Of a stretch of DNA of 64,000 bases, positions 30,591 through 41,600 are shown piece after piece (position 1 is the first letter of the stretch; each line of letters begins with the position of its first letter). The translations under genes were made by a program, and so were the position numbers. The DNA comes from Candidatus Thorarchaeota archaeon (GTDB lineage: Archaea; Asgardarchaeota; Thorarchaeia; Thorarchaeales; Thorarchaeaceae): contig CAVSBO010000003.1 in the NCBI GenBank assembly GCA_963726195.1, forward strand, positions 800,001 through 864,000, written 5' to 3'. A model generated the notes under the pieces. That model did no database searches, was not told where the DNA came from, and worked only from the letters and a program-made list of their open reading frames with translations.

Positions 30591-31610
30591 GTGCTGCTTG
30601 ATTGCCTGAACAGAATTATAAAGCGGGGGCATACCGGATTGACACGAACCGAGTTGGAAGGCGGTCGTCAAGGCTCCATAAGACTGGTCAGAGGGTGCCC
30701 GTGTTACAAGGTATTTGGCGACGAGAAGCTCTGTGTGAATGCAGATAGTGTGCTTGAGGTAGACGTCATCGACATAGATCCCCACGTATTCGCATTCCGC
30801 AAAGACAAGAAAGGCATTAATCAGGAACGAGCAGCAGATGGCAATGTGTGCTACGCGGCCATCTACGTCAATTATCCTGAAAACAAGGTTTACTGCATAT
30901 CACAGGGTTGGGTCCTAAGGATACATGGAAAGGACGTCCCGGGCAACGACCTAGAAGATGCACTACAGTTCCTGTCAACCAAGGACCTGTCAGCGAGCGC
31001 AGAGATCTGCTCTGAGTGTCTCTACAAGTTCATGCTGACTCTGTCAGATACTTTCGCTGACATGATGACGAGAAAGGAGAAGACGGATGAAATCAAGAGG
31101 TATGTCGACAAGTTCTCTCTCAAGATTGCCGTCAAGCTCAGTCAGATGGATGAGCTGATGAAACCGATTGGGACAGAGAGCGACATTGAACAAGGCGTCG
31201 ACTACTTTGCGTTTCTCCGGGGATATCTTGTACAGCTCCTAGAACAGCAGGGTTACTGGTCAGAGCTAGGAAGGGAAGTGCAAGAGAACGGTACTGAACC
31301 TTGGGTTTCCAGTCTAGTCTCCATGCGAGAGCGACTCGCTCGACTCGAATTCCAGTTCTATTCTCAGACACTCCAACTCAGAGACATTAGTGATTCTCAC
31401 ATGCTGCTTAGGATGCTTCATTTCATTCTCGCTACATCCGACGAGATTCTTTCTCTGAACGAGGAGATACACACTGAGATTCGCTCTCAGCGCTTCAGAC
31501 AACTTGTTCAGAAAGACCAGCGCCTGGCTCACCTGAAGGGCTATGCCGAGAAGAGTCGAACTGTTGAACATAATTTCGGCAACATACTGCAAATCCTAAG
31601 CAGGCTTTGA
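30591..31610 (+). CDS. Cys-rich hypothetical protein, paralog 2
   Basis: GCPCY..CVN, YCISQG, CSECLYK; colinear with paralog 1. Confidence 0.75.
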   Translation: MLLDCLNRIIKRGHTGLTRTELEGGRQGSIRLVRGCPCYKVFGDEKLCVNADSVLEVDVIDIDPHVFAFRKDKKGINQERAADGNVCYAAIYVNYPENKVYCISQGWVLRIHGKDVPGNDLEDALQFLSTKDLSASAEICSECLYKFMLTLSDTFADMMTRKEKTDEIKRYVDKFSLKIAVKLSQMDELMKPIGTESDIEQGVDYFAFLRGYLVQLLEQQGYWSELGREVQENGTEPWVSSLVSMRERLARLEFQFYSQTLQLRDISDSHMLLRMLHFILATSDEILSLNEEIHTEIRSQRFRQLVQKDQRLAHLKGYAEKSRTVEHNFGNILQILSRL

Positions 31611-31633
31611 GTACAGTAAGGCCATGCCAATGT

Positions 31634-32584
31634 CTACGTGACTGGGCCATATCTCTGTGTCAACCACTTTAGATAGAGCCGAATGCCATCCTCAATCTTG
31701 ACTTTGGGTGCCCAACCCATGGACTTGAGCAGAGAGATATCAATGTCAGTTAGTAAAACGTCTCCGGGCCAGCCTCGCTCGCTGCCCGTGTACTCTATCT
31801 TTGTGGACCGAATGCCTACCTGCTCTCGCACAATCTCTGCTATCCTTGAAACCTTGAGGCGCTCACCTGAGCTAACATTGACCGCGAGGAACCCTTTCTC
31901 CGTTTTGCTTGAGAGAACCATGGCCGCCTCGACCGCGTCGGATACATACAGGTAAGCTTTCTCCTGAGAACCGTCTCCCAATACCTCAAGGCGATTAGGG
32001 TCATGTTTCAGTTTCATATAGAAGTCATAGACCACGCCATGAGTCGAACGTGGTCCAATCACGTTACCGAACCTCATGCTGACGACACTAAAATCATAGA
32101 GCGCGGCGAAAGACGAAAGGTACATCTCCACCGCGCCCTTTGCCGCCCCGTAATTACTGATTGGGCGAAAGGCGGTTGACTCGCGCGTCGGAAAGACATC
32201 TGTCTCACCATAGACAGTCCCTCCGGAGGAAGCGAATACTATCCGCTTGACTTCATGCGTCCGCATGGCCTCAAGAAGGGTCAGGCTCCCCGTCACATTG
32301 ATCTTGAAATCCCAAATTGGGTTCTCAACACTTTTGCGGACGTCAGGCTGGGCAGCGAAGTGATAGACCGTGCTGACCCCATCCAAAGCCTTGCTGACAT
32401 CGGCTTCCGATGCGATAGAACCCCGGACGAACTTGAAGCGCTTGTTGTTCTTGCTAGAAGCAAGATTATCCATGGAGCCTGCCGAGAGATCGTCCAGCAC
32501 AACCACCTCGTTCATTCCTATGAGCCGTTCTACGAGATGACTGCCAATAAAACCCGCACCACCGGTCACAAGGACTCGTTCCAA
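31634..32584 (-). CDS. NAD-dependent epimerase/dehydratase (GalE-like)
   Basis: TGGAGFIGSH, YGAAK, R.GNV.GP, GWPGDV. Confidence 0.93.
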   Translation of the reverse strand: MERVLVTGGAGFIGSHLVERLIGMNEVVVLDDLSAGSMDNLASSKNNKRFKFVRGSIASEADVSKALDGVSTVYHFAAQPDVRKSVENPIWDFKINVTGSLTLLEAMRTHEVKRIVFASSGGTVYGETDVFPTRESTAFRPISNYGAAKGAVEMYLSSFAALYDFSVVSMRFGNVIGPRSTHGVVYDFYMKLKHDPNRLEVLGDGSQEKAYLYVSDAVEAAMVLSSKTEKGFLAVNVSSGERLKVSRIAEIVREQVGIRSTKIEYTGSERGWPGDVLLTDIDISLLKSMGWAPKVKIEDGIRLYLKWLTQRYGPVT

Positions 32585-32631
32585 TCTCAGTCAGCTCCTA
32601 ACAATCAATCAGCATACAAATCGCATAAGTC

Positions 32632-33210
32632 TTACTGGACCGAAAACCTTCGGTCCTTTAGTATGGATTCAAGAAATCCTAGCGCGGTTGGTGCCTTTGT
32701 TGTCTTGTTCCACACCTCGACAAATCCCCTGAAAAGCGACAGATCACTCAGAGCTCTGCTCCCAAGATGAATTCAGCTCGGAATCTCGGACTTCGGGCCC
32801 TGTTCCTAGACCCGGACAGATGGCTTTCATGGCATTGAGACCCCATGACATATCGCGTCCCTTGCGCTCAAAGACGAAAGGGAAAGCCGCACAAACCGAT
32901 GGCCGGGCCACATGAATCATGCAAAGGTTGTCCTTGAGAAAAACGCAGTCTCCGTTCTGTTCCTTCTTCAGTGCCACGAATGCTAGGCCTTGCTCTGTGT
33001 TGACCTGTGGAATCTGACGTAGGCCTTCGGGCACTGGCTGGTTGCTGCCAAGAATATAGAAGTCGGTTGCCGCTGAGCAAGTCTCTCGCTGACAACCCTA
33101 ACGCAACAGACAGGCGGCTTAATCCGTTCCCGTCAAGGTAACAAGCAGCTCGCGCTGCCGACAACAGTCGCCGCACTTAGTACATTCGAAACGTACTCTT
33201 GATGCCTTTT
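32632..33210 (-). CDS. YkgJ-family (CxxCxxCC) cysteine-cluster protein, several frameshifts
   Basis: RFECTKCGDCC near 33190; CVFL..NLCMIH.ARP.VC..FPF; CPGLG; start approximate. Confidence 0.78.
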
Positions 33211-33221
33211 CCGGCCGCGGT

Positions 33222-34397
33222 CTACTTCCTCTTCGTGCCAGCTGGACGCACCTTCTGAAGGGAGGTTAGGTACTTCCTCAGCAGAGCCAACCCTTCCTCG
33301 ATGACCTCCATAGACGTTGCATAGGAGAACCTAAGATGGTGGTCATAGTCCTCTCCAAACTCCTTTCCAGGCGTGCAGACAACTCCAGTGTCTCGCAGAA
33401 TCATCTCGGCTAGATTCTCACTGTCCACGCCGTAAGCAGAAAAGTCAGGAAAGACATAGAATGCTCCATCAGGCTTTGGACACTTGACGTTTCCAAACTC
33501 AGAGAAGAGCTGTACAATCCTGTCCCGACGCTTCTCGTATACATTCCTCATGTTCGCAACTGAACTCTGGTCGCCCTTTAGGGCCTCAACGCCAGCACTC
33601 TGAACAAACGATGTGGCACAGGATGTGGTATTCTGCTGTATCCGCACCATGTTGTCAATCGTATCCGGGTTACCAATTGCATAACCTAACCGCCAACCGG
33701 TCATTGAGTATGTCTTTGAGAATCCATTAATCACCAGAGTATGCTCCATCGCGGGGTCGATTTCCAGCATTGAAGTTTGGGTCAGACCGCCGTATACCAG
33801 ACTCTCGTAGATTTCATCACTGATGACGACGAAATTGTGATCCGCCGCTAGGTCGAATATCGTTTTCAAAACGCGTTTAGATAGGATACCACCAGTGGGG
33901 TTGTTCGGGCTGTTGATGATAAGGCACGTACACTTCTTGGTGATTTTCGACTTGAGGACTTCCTCGTTCAGAGTGTATTTTGAGTCTGTCGGCACAGGTA
34001 CTGGATTGCCGCCAGCAGTGCCAATCATGACCCGGTAGGTTGGCCAATCCGGGCTCAGAACGAGCACGTCGTCTCCGGCATCGATCATGGATAAGATGCC
34101 CATGAACAGGGCCATCTTGGCCCCGGTCGTGACAACAACGTTCTTCCCTCCACTGAAGGAAATACCCCGAGTATGGTACATGGCCTCAATCGCGTCAAGC
34201 AATGGGGGAATGCCCCTCGCAGAGACGTACTTAGTGAAGCCGCGATTCAATGCCTCAATAGCAGCACTCGTGATGTTTGACGGCGTAGGAAAGTCAGGCT
34301 GTCCAACCTCAAAGTGATAGACCTTGCGTCCTTCAGCCTCCAGCTTGTTTGCGAGCTCAAACATCTTCAGAGTACCCGACTCCGGTATTCTTTGCAT
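33222..34397 (-). CDS. PLP-dependent class I/II aminotransferase (aspartate aminotransferase-like)
   Basis: GQPDF, NSPNNPTG, SDEIY, GFSKTYSMTGWRLG. Confidence 0.95.
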   Translation of the reverse strand: MQRIPESGTLKMFELANKLEAEGRKVYHFEVGQPDFPTPSNITSAAIEALNRGFTKYVSARGIPPLLDAIEAMYHTRGISFSGGKNVVVTTGAKMALFMGILSMIDAGDDVLVLSPDWPTYRVMIGTAGGNPVPVPTDSKYTLNEEVLKSKITKKCTCLIINSPNNPTGGILSKRVLKTIFDLAADHNFVVISDEIYESLVYGGLTQTSMLEIDPAMEHTLVINGFSKTYSMTGWRLGYAIGNPDTIDNMVRIQQNTTSCATSFVQSAGVEALKGDQSSVANMRNVYEKRRDRIVQLFSEFGNVKCPKPDGAFYVFPDFSAYGVDSENLAEMILRDTGVVCTPGKEFGEDYDHHLRFSYATSMEVIEEGLALLRKYLTSLQKVRPAGTKRK

Positions 34398-34502
34398 GTG
34401 AATTTCCAAGTACAACCCACCTCTAGCAAGACTGATGGAACAATCCAACGAGGCAGCAGGAGGCTGGCGGCTTTCCTTTTGGATATATCATTTGCGGCGA
34501 GG

Positions 34503-35330
34503 TCACTTGGCACTTGAGAGCTGAGCGATTAGCCTCTTCTGATGCTCTGTCCCCCGCACGGCTATCCTGTCAATGACAATCTCACCCAGGCCCATCTCAT
34601 GCCCACGCTGCAGGTACGGTATTGTGATGGGATCTATTCCCAGAAGACTCACACAATAGGCGTCCACGGCAAAAGGATCTGTGCCCACGACGACGCCACC
34701 CACCTTGAGCAGTGCTGCCGTGCTTCGAGGCCCGGCTACAATTTCGGTCAAGTCCATGACTGTGATATTCGGCCGATAGACTGCTACGAGATCCAGCAGG
34801 CAATCATCAAGCCGCTCATGATAGACGGACTTGTCTCTCTCCGGAACGAGCCCAAATAGATTCTTGATTCCTGCCCCTACCGAGCGTCTCTCCGAGTCAA
34901 CCTTCAACGTTGCCGCGTTGACTAGAAACACTTGACCCGACAAGACTGCAGGCATGGCCCTTTCACGGAACAGGTTGCCGGGCATCTTCACGCTGACTTG
35001 GGGAGCAGTGGACAGATTGAGCAGCTGAACACCATCCTTCTCAAGAGCCGCATACCCACATTCGGAGAAAGCCGTCTCTGCTGATCTCAGCGGGTTATCG
35101 CTTTCAACCACGAACACTTGGCCGGCCGAAGCCATCACTCGCGACAAGAATCGAACAATACCAAGCGATGTGTTGCCTGGCAAGCTTGGACTATAGACAG
35201 ATGTCTTGATGATAACGCGTTCGATATTGCGGGAGAAGGGCAGGGGCGTAACGAGTTTGGAGAGAGCTACTGAGAGCGCCTCCTGCGGAGACCTTCTGAC
35301 GGCAACTGAGACTTCTGTGGTATGGTCCAT
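34503..35330 (-). CDS. DUF362 domain protein
   Basis: VIIK, LK, GIKNLFG, DPFAVD..PYL pattern. Confidence 0.75.
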   Translation of the reverse strand: MDHTTEVSVAVRRSPQEALSVALSKLVTPLPFSRNIERVIIKTSVYSPSLPGNTSLGIVRFLSRVMASAGQVFVVESDNPLRSAETAFSECGYAALEKDGVQLLNLSTAPQVSVKMPGNLFRERAMPAVLSGQVFLVNAATLKVDSERRSVGAGIKNLFGLVPERDKSVYHERLDDCLLDLVAVYRPNITVMDLTEIVAGPRSTAALLKVGGVVVGTDPFAVDAYCVSLLGIDPITIPYLQRGHEMGLGEIVIDRIAVRGTEHQKRLIAQLSSAK

Positions 35331-35420
35331 GAGGATGGCGCCTGCTCAGTCGGGGCTTTAAGTCTATCTCTCAACTCTGTGAGTGTATGTCACTGAGCCA
35401 CCCGCACGATAGGACCGTGA

Positions 35421-36569
35421 CTATGTGCCGAAGAACAATCTTCGTGCACGTTTCTTTCTCTCTTCCTCAGACTCTTCACTTTCGGGTCTAGGCGGTGGAG
35501 GAGGTGGTCTCACGGTTGGGCGCGTTGTGCCCTTCTCGGATTCGTCTTCCTCTTCAGATTCCTCCTCAGGCTCTGTGGGACCCTGCTCAATCTCTTTGCT
35601 CTCTACTTCGCTTGGCTCATCGTACGGGGTCCACACGGGTGACGACTTCCCATCTGCAGAATCTGAAGAGCGGGTCGCAACCTTCGGTTCTTCTGGAAGT
35701 GGTGGTGATGAAATTGTCCGTTCATACTCCTCCCAGGAGAATCCTTCTGATGCCTTCTCGGAAGCCTTCTCTGTGCCTTCCCAATCAGGCCTTGATTCAG
35801 ACTTGTCCCTATACATGGGAAAGCCAATGTCTACGCTACGTTCATAGAATGAGTCCTCAAAGTCGTCCCATGCGTCAGGCAAGTGAGCCTCCGTAGTCCC
35901 CTTGGCCTTTTCTTCAGGGGCGTGAATGCGCCCGGTCGAATCTTCAACAATGGGGGCAGGCCCTTCAGCACCTGCAGGATGTGGGTGCTCTTCGCCAAGA
36001 CCTGATTCGGTCTCAAGACTGGTTGGTTCAGTCAGATGGAACTCAGACAGAAAGTCTCTGGACTTCTCTTCACGCCTTTCCTCAGGTGAAATGCTTCCTT
36101 GAGAGGCAGGTCCCATTCGTGACATGTCAGGCATCTCAGACAGCGGGGGTTCCGCGTAGAGAGCCTCTTCGTGCCCCAAGTCCGGCAGGTCAGGCGGCTC
36201 AAGCGTCTCTTCCGCCGCTGGCTCTTTGAAATCCTGTGGGTATTCTGCTGAGAAAACCGAAGCCCTGCCAGCCGGGAATTCAGGACGCGCCGCCCGTACT
36301 TGACCGCCCCTGCGATCACCAAAATCGGCTGCGGCCTCTTCTCCTTCTGATTCCCCAAAGCTAATCCCAAGGGCTTGGCTCAAGCAGGATTTGCAGTGTT
36401 TATTCACAGCGATAAGTCCGTCATCGATAAAATCGTCAATCCTCTTTGCGCGGTTAGGGTTTCTCCTCGACCAAGCGACAAAAGAATCAATCATTCTGAG
36501 GGCGTCTCTTACGCCTAGCCAATATGACTCGTCTTTATCTGAACTCAACGGGGGCACCATCAACAACAT
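35421..36569 (-). CDS. Hypothetical protein: folded N-terminus, acidic disordered body, polyproline, conserved-looking C-terminal helix
   Basis: YWLGVRDALR..CKSC; E/S/P-rich body; RPPPPPPRP; EEERKKRARRLFFGT. Confidence 0.7.
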   Translation of the reverse strand: MLLMVPPLSSDKDESYWLGVRDALRMIDSFVAWSRRNPNRAKRIDDFIDDGLIAVNKHCKSCLSQALGISFGESEGEEAAADFGDRRGGQVRAARPEFPAGRASVFSAEYPQDFKEPAAEETLEPPDLPDLGHEEALYAEPPLSEMPDMSRMGPASQGSISPEERREEKSRDFLSEFHLTEPTSLETESGLGEEHPHPAGAEGPAPIVEDSTGRIHAPEEKAKGTTEAHLPDAWDDFEDSFYERSVDIGFPMYRDKSESRPDWEGTEKASEKASEGFSWEEYERTISSPPLPEEPKVATRSSDSADGKSSPVWTPYDEPSEVESKEIEQGPTEPEEESEEEDESEKGTTRPTVRPPPPPPRPESEESEEERKKRARRLFFGT

Positions 36570-36606
36570 CTAGACATTTCGAGAAAAGCCTTTGCAATAC
36601 GGGTGC

Positions 36607-37080
36607 CTAGCGTTTGGACTTACCCGCGGGCTCTCTCGCGGAGACCATTTCCTCTAGCATGTCATCGAGAAGTCTGACAATCTCCTTGCTCTTCTCTTCG
36701 GTTAACCTGGGGCCGACCAACAGAGTTCTTGTCGGGAGATCGCCTGCATTAAGTTTGACTTCACTCTGGTACATGCACTCGGTCTCTTCGTCGGGTTCGC
36801 GCAGCACGATAATAACTCCACTAGCTCCCTTGAAACTCAGAGAGAGCATAAGGTCGAGAGCCGAGAACGCAGGCGACATGATGAGTGCTTTGACATCGGA
36901 TCTATCAGTCTTGTGACCTGCAGCGCTAATTCTTATGCCATCGACTTCCATGACCTTCTGACTGAACGCGTGCAAGACCTCTTCGAGCAGAGAATCATCG
37001 GGACCAATCACTGTAATCTTGAACAAGTACCGTGTCTTCTTGGGCTTCTTTGCCTTGGCTGCAGTTGTCCTCGGTGACAT
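36607..37080 (-). CDS. Degenerate Rab/Ras-like small GTPase fold
   Basis: YLFKITVIG..G..VKALI..SLSFKGASGVIIV aligns by eye to Rab YLFKLLLIG..SYYRGAHGIIVV, without GKS or DxxG. Confidence 0.6.
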   Translation of the reverse strand: MSPRTTAAKAKKPKKTRYLFKITVIGPDDSLLEEVLHAFSQKVMEVDGIRISAAGHKTDRSDVKALIMSPAFSALDLMLSLSFKGASGVIIVLREPDEETECMYQSEVKLNAGDLPTRTLLVGPRLTEEKSKEIVRLLDDMLEEMVSAREPAGKSKR

Positions 37081-37309
37081 TCGTCTTCCTCCGGTTTTGC
37101 TTCATCTCATTACCGAACTATTGCAGGTTGCGACAGTTACTTGGCATCGTATTCAATCCATCGATATGTCTTCCATGCAAATTCATTTTGCTTTGAGATC
37201 CCCAAACTCAGGCACTCAATCGAGGTGTTCAAGCATTCTGGCTCGTCGCCGATGACGCAGTTTCCTAACCACAGACGAAGCTTATTAAGGGCTCAGACGG
37301 ACCCAAATT

Positions 37310-37675
37310 TTGGAGATAGCCTTGGTTACGTCTGCTGAAGTCTTTGACAAGCTCAAACCGGTCATGGACCCAGATTACCCCGTGAGCATCACGGACCCTA
37401 GGCTGGGAATAGTGGCTGAGAGCTTCATAGAGGTTAAAGACCGAACGATTAGGGTTAGGTTCAAGCCGACATCAGCCCAATGCCCAATGGGTGGTTTGAT
37501 TGGCATCTTGATACGGCACAAGCTGGAAGATGTCTACCGTGGCTTCAAGGTGCAGGTGACTGTGGTTCCTGGTACACACGTCCAAGAGACTGCTGTCAAT
37601 TCGATGATTGGTGACGATTCCAAGTACAACAAGATTGTGCAGCAACTCGAACAACAGGGCATGTTCGAGGAGTAG
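37310..37675 (+). CDS. DUF59/MIP18 Fe-S assembly protein
   Basis: V.DPDYPVSI..LGIV, F.PTSAQCPM; C-terminal H..E.AVN as in MIP18/CIA2. Confidence 0.8.
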   Translation: MEIALVTSAEVFDKLKPVMDPDYPVSITDPRLGIVAESFIEVKDRTIRVRFKPTSAQCPMGGLIGILIRHKLEDVYRGFKVQVTVVPGTHVQETAVNSMIGDDSKYNKIVQQLEQQGMFEE

Positions 37676-37761
37676 TCCGTCGCGCGTCATTGAGCGTGGT
37701 CCGCTCTACGTGAATCAATGCGACTGAAGAGTAACGGACCGAAGAGAATAGCTGGCTGATT

Positions 37762-38121
37762 GTGATGAGCAGAGGGGAACCGTTAGTAACGGTAGGTTTT
37801 GCTGTGATTGTCTTAGGACTGTTCATGCTTGCCATCCCTAGTCTTGGAAGCGGGAGCTCTTTCGTCGTCATATTTCCATTCTTCTTTGGCAGTGGGAGTC
37901 CTATTCTAACAATAGCGTTAGGCCTGACATTCTTCGTTGCGATGATTTTCGTGATGACGGTGGTCGCCAGAAGAGCATGGAGTTCGCCTCTCTCCCAAGA
38001 GGAGGCAAGCCGCGCCTTTGTGCCAGCCATGGGACAATGCACCGTGTGTGGTAGTCGGCTGCCTGAGAAAGCCCTATTCTGCCCTCACTGCGGCAGTCCG
38101 GTTCACAATGGGAATACATAG
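37762..38121 (+). CDS. Membrane protein with C-terminal zinc ribbon
   Basis: Hydrophobic helices, VVIFPFFF, CTVCG..FCPHCG. Confidence 0.75.
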   Translation: MMSRGEPLVTVGFAVIVLGLFMLAIPSLGSGSSFVVIFPFFFGSGSPILTIALGLTFFVAMIFVMTVVARRAWSSPLSQEEASRAFVPAMGQCTVCGSRLPEKALFCPHCGSPVHNGNT

Positions 38122-38142
38122 AGCGTTTCCAAGAAAGATACA

Positions 38143-38658
38143 GTGTTCACAAGTACCGGCCTAACCACCATTCGAGGAATCCGAATGAATCCGTCCTTAA
38201 GACCTGTCAAAACAAGCGACATTCCTCAGGTGGAGGCAATCGAGAGAGCCTGCTTCCCTGATCCATGGGATCCGGATGTATTCGAGACTCTTGGAGCCGG
38301 AAACGGACGAGTGCAAACCGAATGGGGAGACACACTTGCAATGTATGTGGCAGACCTAGGTGAAGAAGTCGTGGGATATGTGGTGTGGCAAGAAGGGCAG
38401 AAATCGCCCGAAGGCAGAATCCTCAATCTTGCAGTCAAGTCGGAACACAGAGGAAGGAGAATTGGCAGGTCTCTTTTGCTGTATGCATTCGACCTCATGA
38501 AGACCCACGGAATGAAGTCCTGCAGGCTTGAGACCTGGGAAAGCAACTGGGTCGCTCGTCATATGTATGAAAGCTTGGGAATGATGACCACAGGAAGGCA
38601 CCCAGCATATTACGGCAAAGAGGATGCCATACTCTACTCAGTCAGGTTGGACAGCTGA
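38143..38658 (+). CDS. RimI/Ard1-like GNAT acetyltransferase
   Basis: IERACFP.PW, NLAV..HRGRRIG, SN..A..MYE.LG, YY..EDA; likely start MNPSLR. Confidence 0.88.
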   Translation: MFTSTGLTTIRGIRMNPSLRPVKTSDIPQVEAIERACFPDPWDPDVFETLGAGNGRVQTEWGDTLAMYVADLGEEVVGYVVWQEGQKSPEGRILNLAVKSEHRGRRIGRSLLLYAFDLMKTHGMKSCRLETWESNWVARHMYESLGMMTTGRHPAYYGKEDAILYSVRLDS

Positions 38659-41600
38659 CGGAGCCTTTTGGGGCTGAGACGGAGGGAGACGGACAATCAG
38701 TTGTGGCCCAATGATGTCATGAAACAGCTGCAAGTATGTCTTGTCAGATGAAACCAGTACCAGTGGCCGTGATGTCTCTGATGTCCCACCAATCACCACT
38801 TCCTTATTGTCCATCACTGCTAGTGTCATGGGTGACATGGTCTTGCGAACGTGCCAACCTAGTCCAGCGAGATCCTTCACTATGGGCTGCTGTTCCTCGC
38901 TCTCGGGTATGATGAGCACTCTTCTGACAGAATCGCCCGACTTCGTTACTCGCTTGATGTCAAGACCACGCAAGCTGGCTGTGGCAATCACAATTGACTG
39001 CTGAGCCCGTTGAGCCATATCGACAATGTGAGCACGGACCTCGTCGTTTCCCGTGAGATACCAAGTCGATTCAGGCTGGGTTCTCGTTAGGTCTGCACTG
39101 ACTGCTCTTACCGCTTCCATCGCTTTCATTGTCTTGCTGACTACGGACTCCAACCCTTGGGCGACCTCCTCCGTCTTCATTCGAATCTCACGATTGTATC
39201 CGTCTTGGTCTGCACGCCATTTCTCAACGGAACCCTCAAGCTCGAGGTCGAAATGAGATAGGGCCTCCGCGCGCGACTCTTTCGCCCTGCCAATGCTCTC
39301 CTCCAACTGACCTCCGAACTGCTCCGTTGAGCCGCTGATTTCGGATACCTTGGCAGTCACCTCATTCGTGAGATGCTCCATGATGCGTCCTGAACTGCTA
39401 GCAATCTGGGTTCTGACACCCTTACGAGCTGACTCTACCTTCTTGGATACACGCTGGTTTGCGGTAGCGACGCTCTGCTTTGTTCTCTCAGAGAACGAGC
39501 TGACTGACTTGGCCACGGTCTCCTTGAAACGTGTAACCTCTTGGCCGAGTCCATCTGTTACTGACTTTGAAGCAGTTTCGCAACCAGTGAACTGCGCAGA
39601 CAACCCATCGATGGTCTCCGTGTTGCTGGTCTCCGTCTGCGAGAGTGCCTCGTTCACTGCATTGCGCACTGGCTCCGAAATTGAGGACGGGAGGCCAGAC
39701 ACAGCTTTCATGCTTCTGTCTAACGATGTGCTACACTCAGATCCCAGTGCCGCTGCTTTAACCTTGAAACTGTCTTCGGCTCCCACAAGGATGGCAATGG
39801 CGGCCCCTTCGAATTGACTGATGCTGCCCTCACTTCTCTTCACAACGCTAGTCTCGGCGTCTTCTGCACCTCTTCCGAGACTCTTCTGCATCCGTCCGAT
39901 CTTGTCCGTGAGCTTTCCAGTCAATGCCATGAGGGTTGATGAGGCACCTAGGAGTGTGGTCTTGGTATACTCCGAGAACTCGCTGAATGCTTGCTCATCC
40001 CCAGATATCTGGGACTGCAGCAAGGCTTCAGCCTCTTCGTTCGCCGCCGTCCAAGTCTTGGCGGCTTCCTCCTTGCGCGCAGCAACCTCGGCCTTGGATG
40101 ATTCCGTGCGTTGGACAGATTCCTTCAGTGCTTTCGTCGACAGAGTGTCCAGTTTCTTGCCTATGTCACTAGGGAGACGCTGCTGAGCGTCCTTTTCTGC
40201 TGAAACGTATTCATCTAGCGTTGCCTTCATGCTGCTGGTTGCCTTGTTAACAGACTCCACGATAGAATCAGCAATGCTGGCGATGCGATCGGTGAGATTG
40301 TCGCGAGTAGCCGCCAGCGATGTGTTGAATTCCTCTGATGCACGAGCTAATTCGCTTACTATCTCCTGAATAGTACCGCTTTCAATTCCACTCAGTCCCG
40401 TCTCAATGCCACCGGTTGTTGCCTCAATGCGGCTAAGCAAATCGGCCGTTGTTCGTGAGAGCACGGTTCTTCTCTCTGCAACGAGTTCGTCGAGGGCCTT
40501 CTTCATTTCATCGTATGAGTCACTGACTTTCGTGACCCTGCTCTCGATTTCGGAAGCGTATTCCTTCTTCAGCTTGGCCGAGTCCTCTTGCAGCGAGGCG
40601 ATTTCAGCCTTAACGGAATTTCTGAATTGCGTGTGTGCTGAGCCTATGAGGTCGCGCGTTTCCAAACCTTGGCTCGATAGCAAACCACCGAAAACCGAAC
40701 CCAAGCTCTCCGCCAAGTCAGAGTGCTGTTTCGCAATCTCATCAAGGCGCACACGGAACTCCTTTCGAATCGCTTCAGTCTGCCGCTCAATCCGAGATGC
40801 TTGGTCTTCGATTGCCTCGTCGATTTGTCTCTGCATTTGCTCAGCATGAGAAGCAACTGATAAGACGCTCTGTTCCAAGCGCGAATCTATTGATGAGCGG
40901 ATGTCGCGATAGAAAGCCGTTGACTCCTTGATTTGAGCAGCGGCCGTCGAAGTCATGTCCGACACTATCTCTGTCATTTTGCTCGCCATACCGGTATCAA
41001 ACTCGCGAAACGCCTTCTTGGTTCCAGTGATGGCTGACTTATTGCTTTCAGCGGTCGTCGTTAGGACTGAACCGAAAGCCGAGCTGACCTTGTTGTCAAG
41101 GTCTCCAGTTAGAGATGTAAGCTTCCCGGCCTCAGCGTCGAGAGCCGCGCCGGCATCATTGCTCGCCTGAGACAATTTCCTTTGCAGACCACGACCCGTA
41201 TCAGTTCCCCACTTCTCAAGTCCGGCTCCGAGGGAACCAGCGCTGGTGTCAATCCGGTCTCTGCTAGCGGATACTTGAGCCTGTACTAACTTCAGTATCG
41301 ACGCACGCGAGTCAGTTGTGAACGACTCGATTTGACCTTGGAGGCCAGACAGTAAACCATCTACGGCTGCAAACGCTTGATCTACTGTAGCATTTGTTCT
41401 CTCCAAATACGTTGACAATGAGCTCTTCACCGTCTCAAGATGGCTCGCGTTTGCAGAGACAACCTGTGCGAGCTGAGCCGCGAGTCCCTCAGACGCGGAT
41501 GCAATCAGAGCTGTTGGACTCGTCGCTCCAAGAACTGACGTCCATGCCCAGCGTCTCTGTTACCTTTGCCGCATTCTCAATTACCTGCCGAGCGCCCTTG

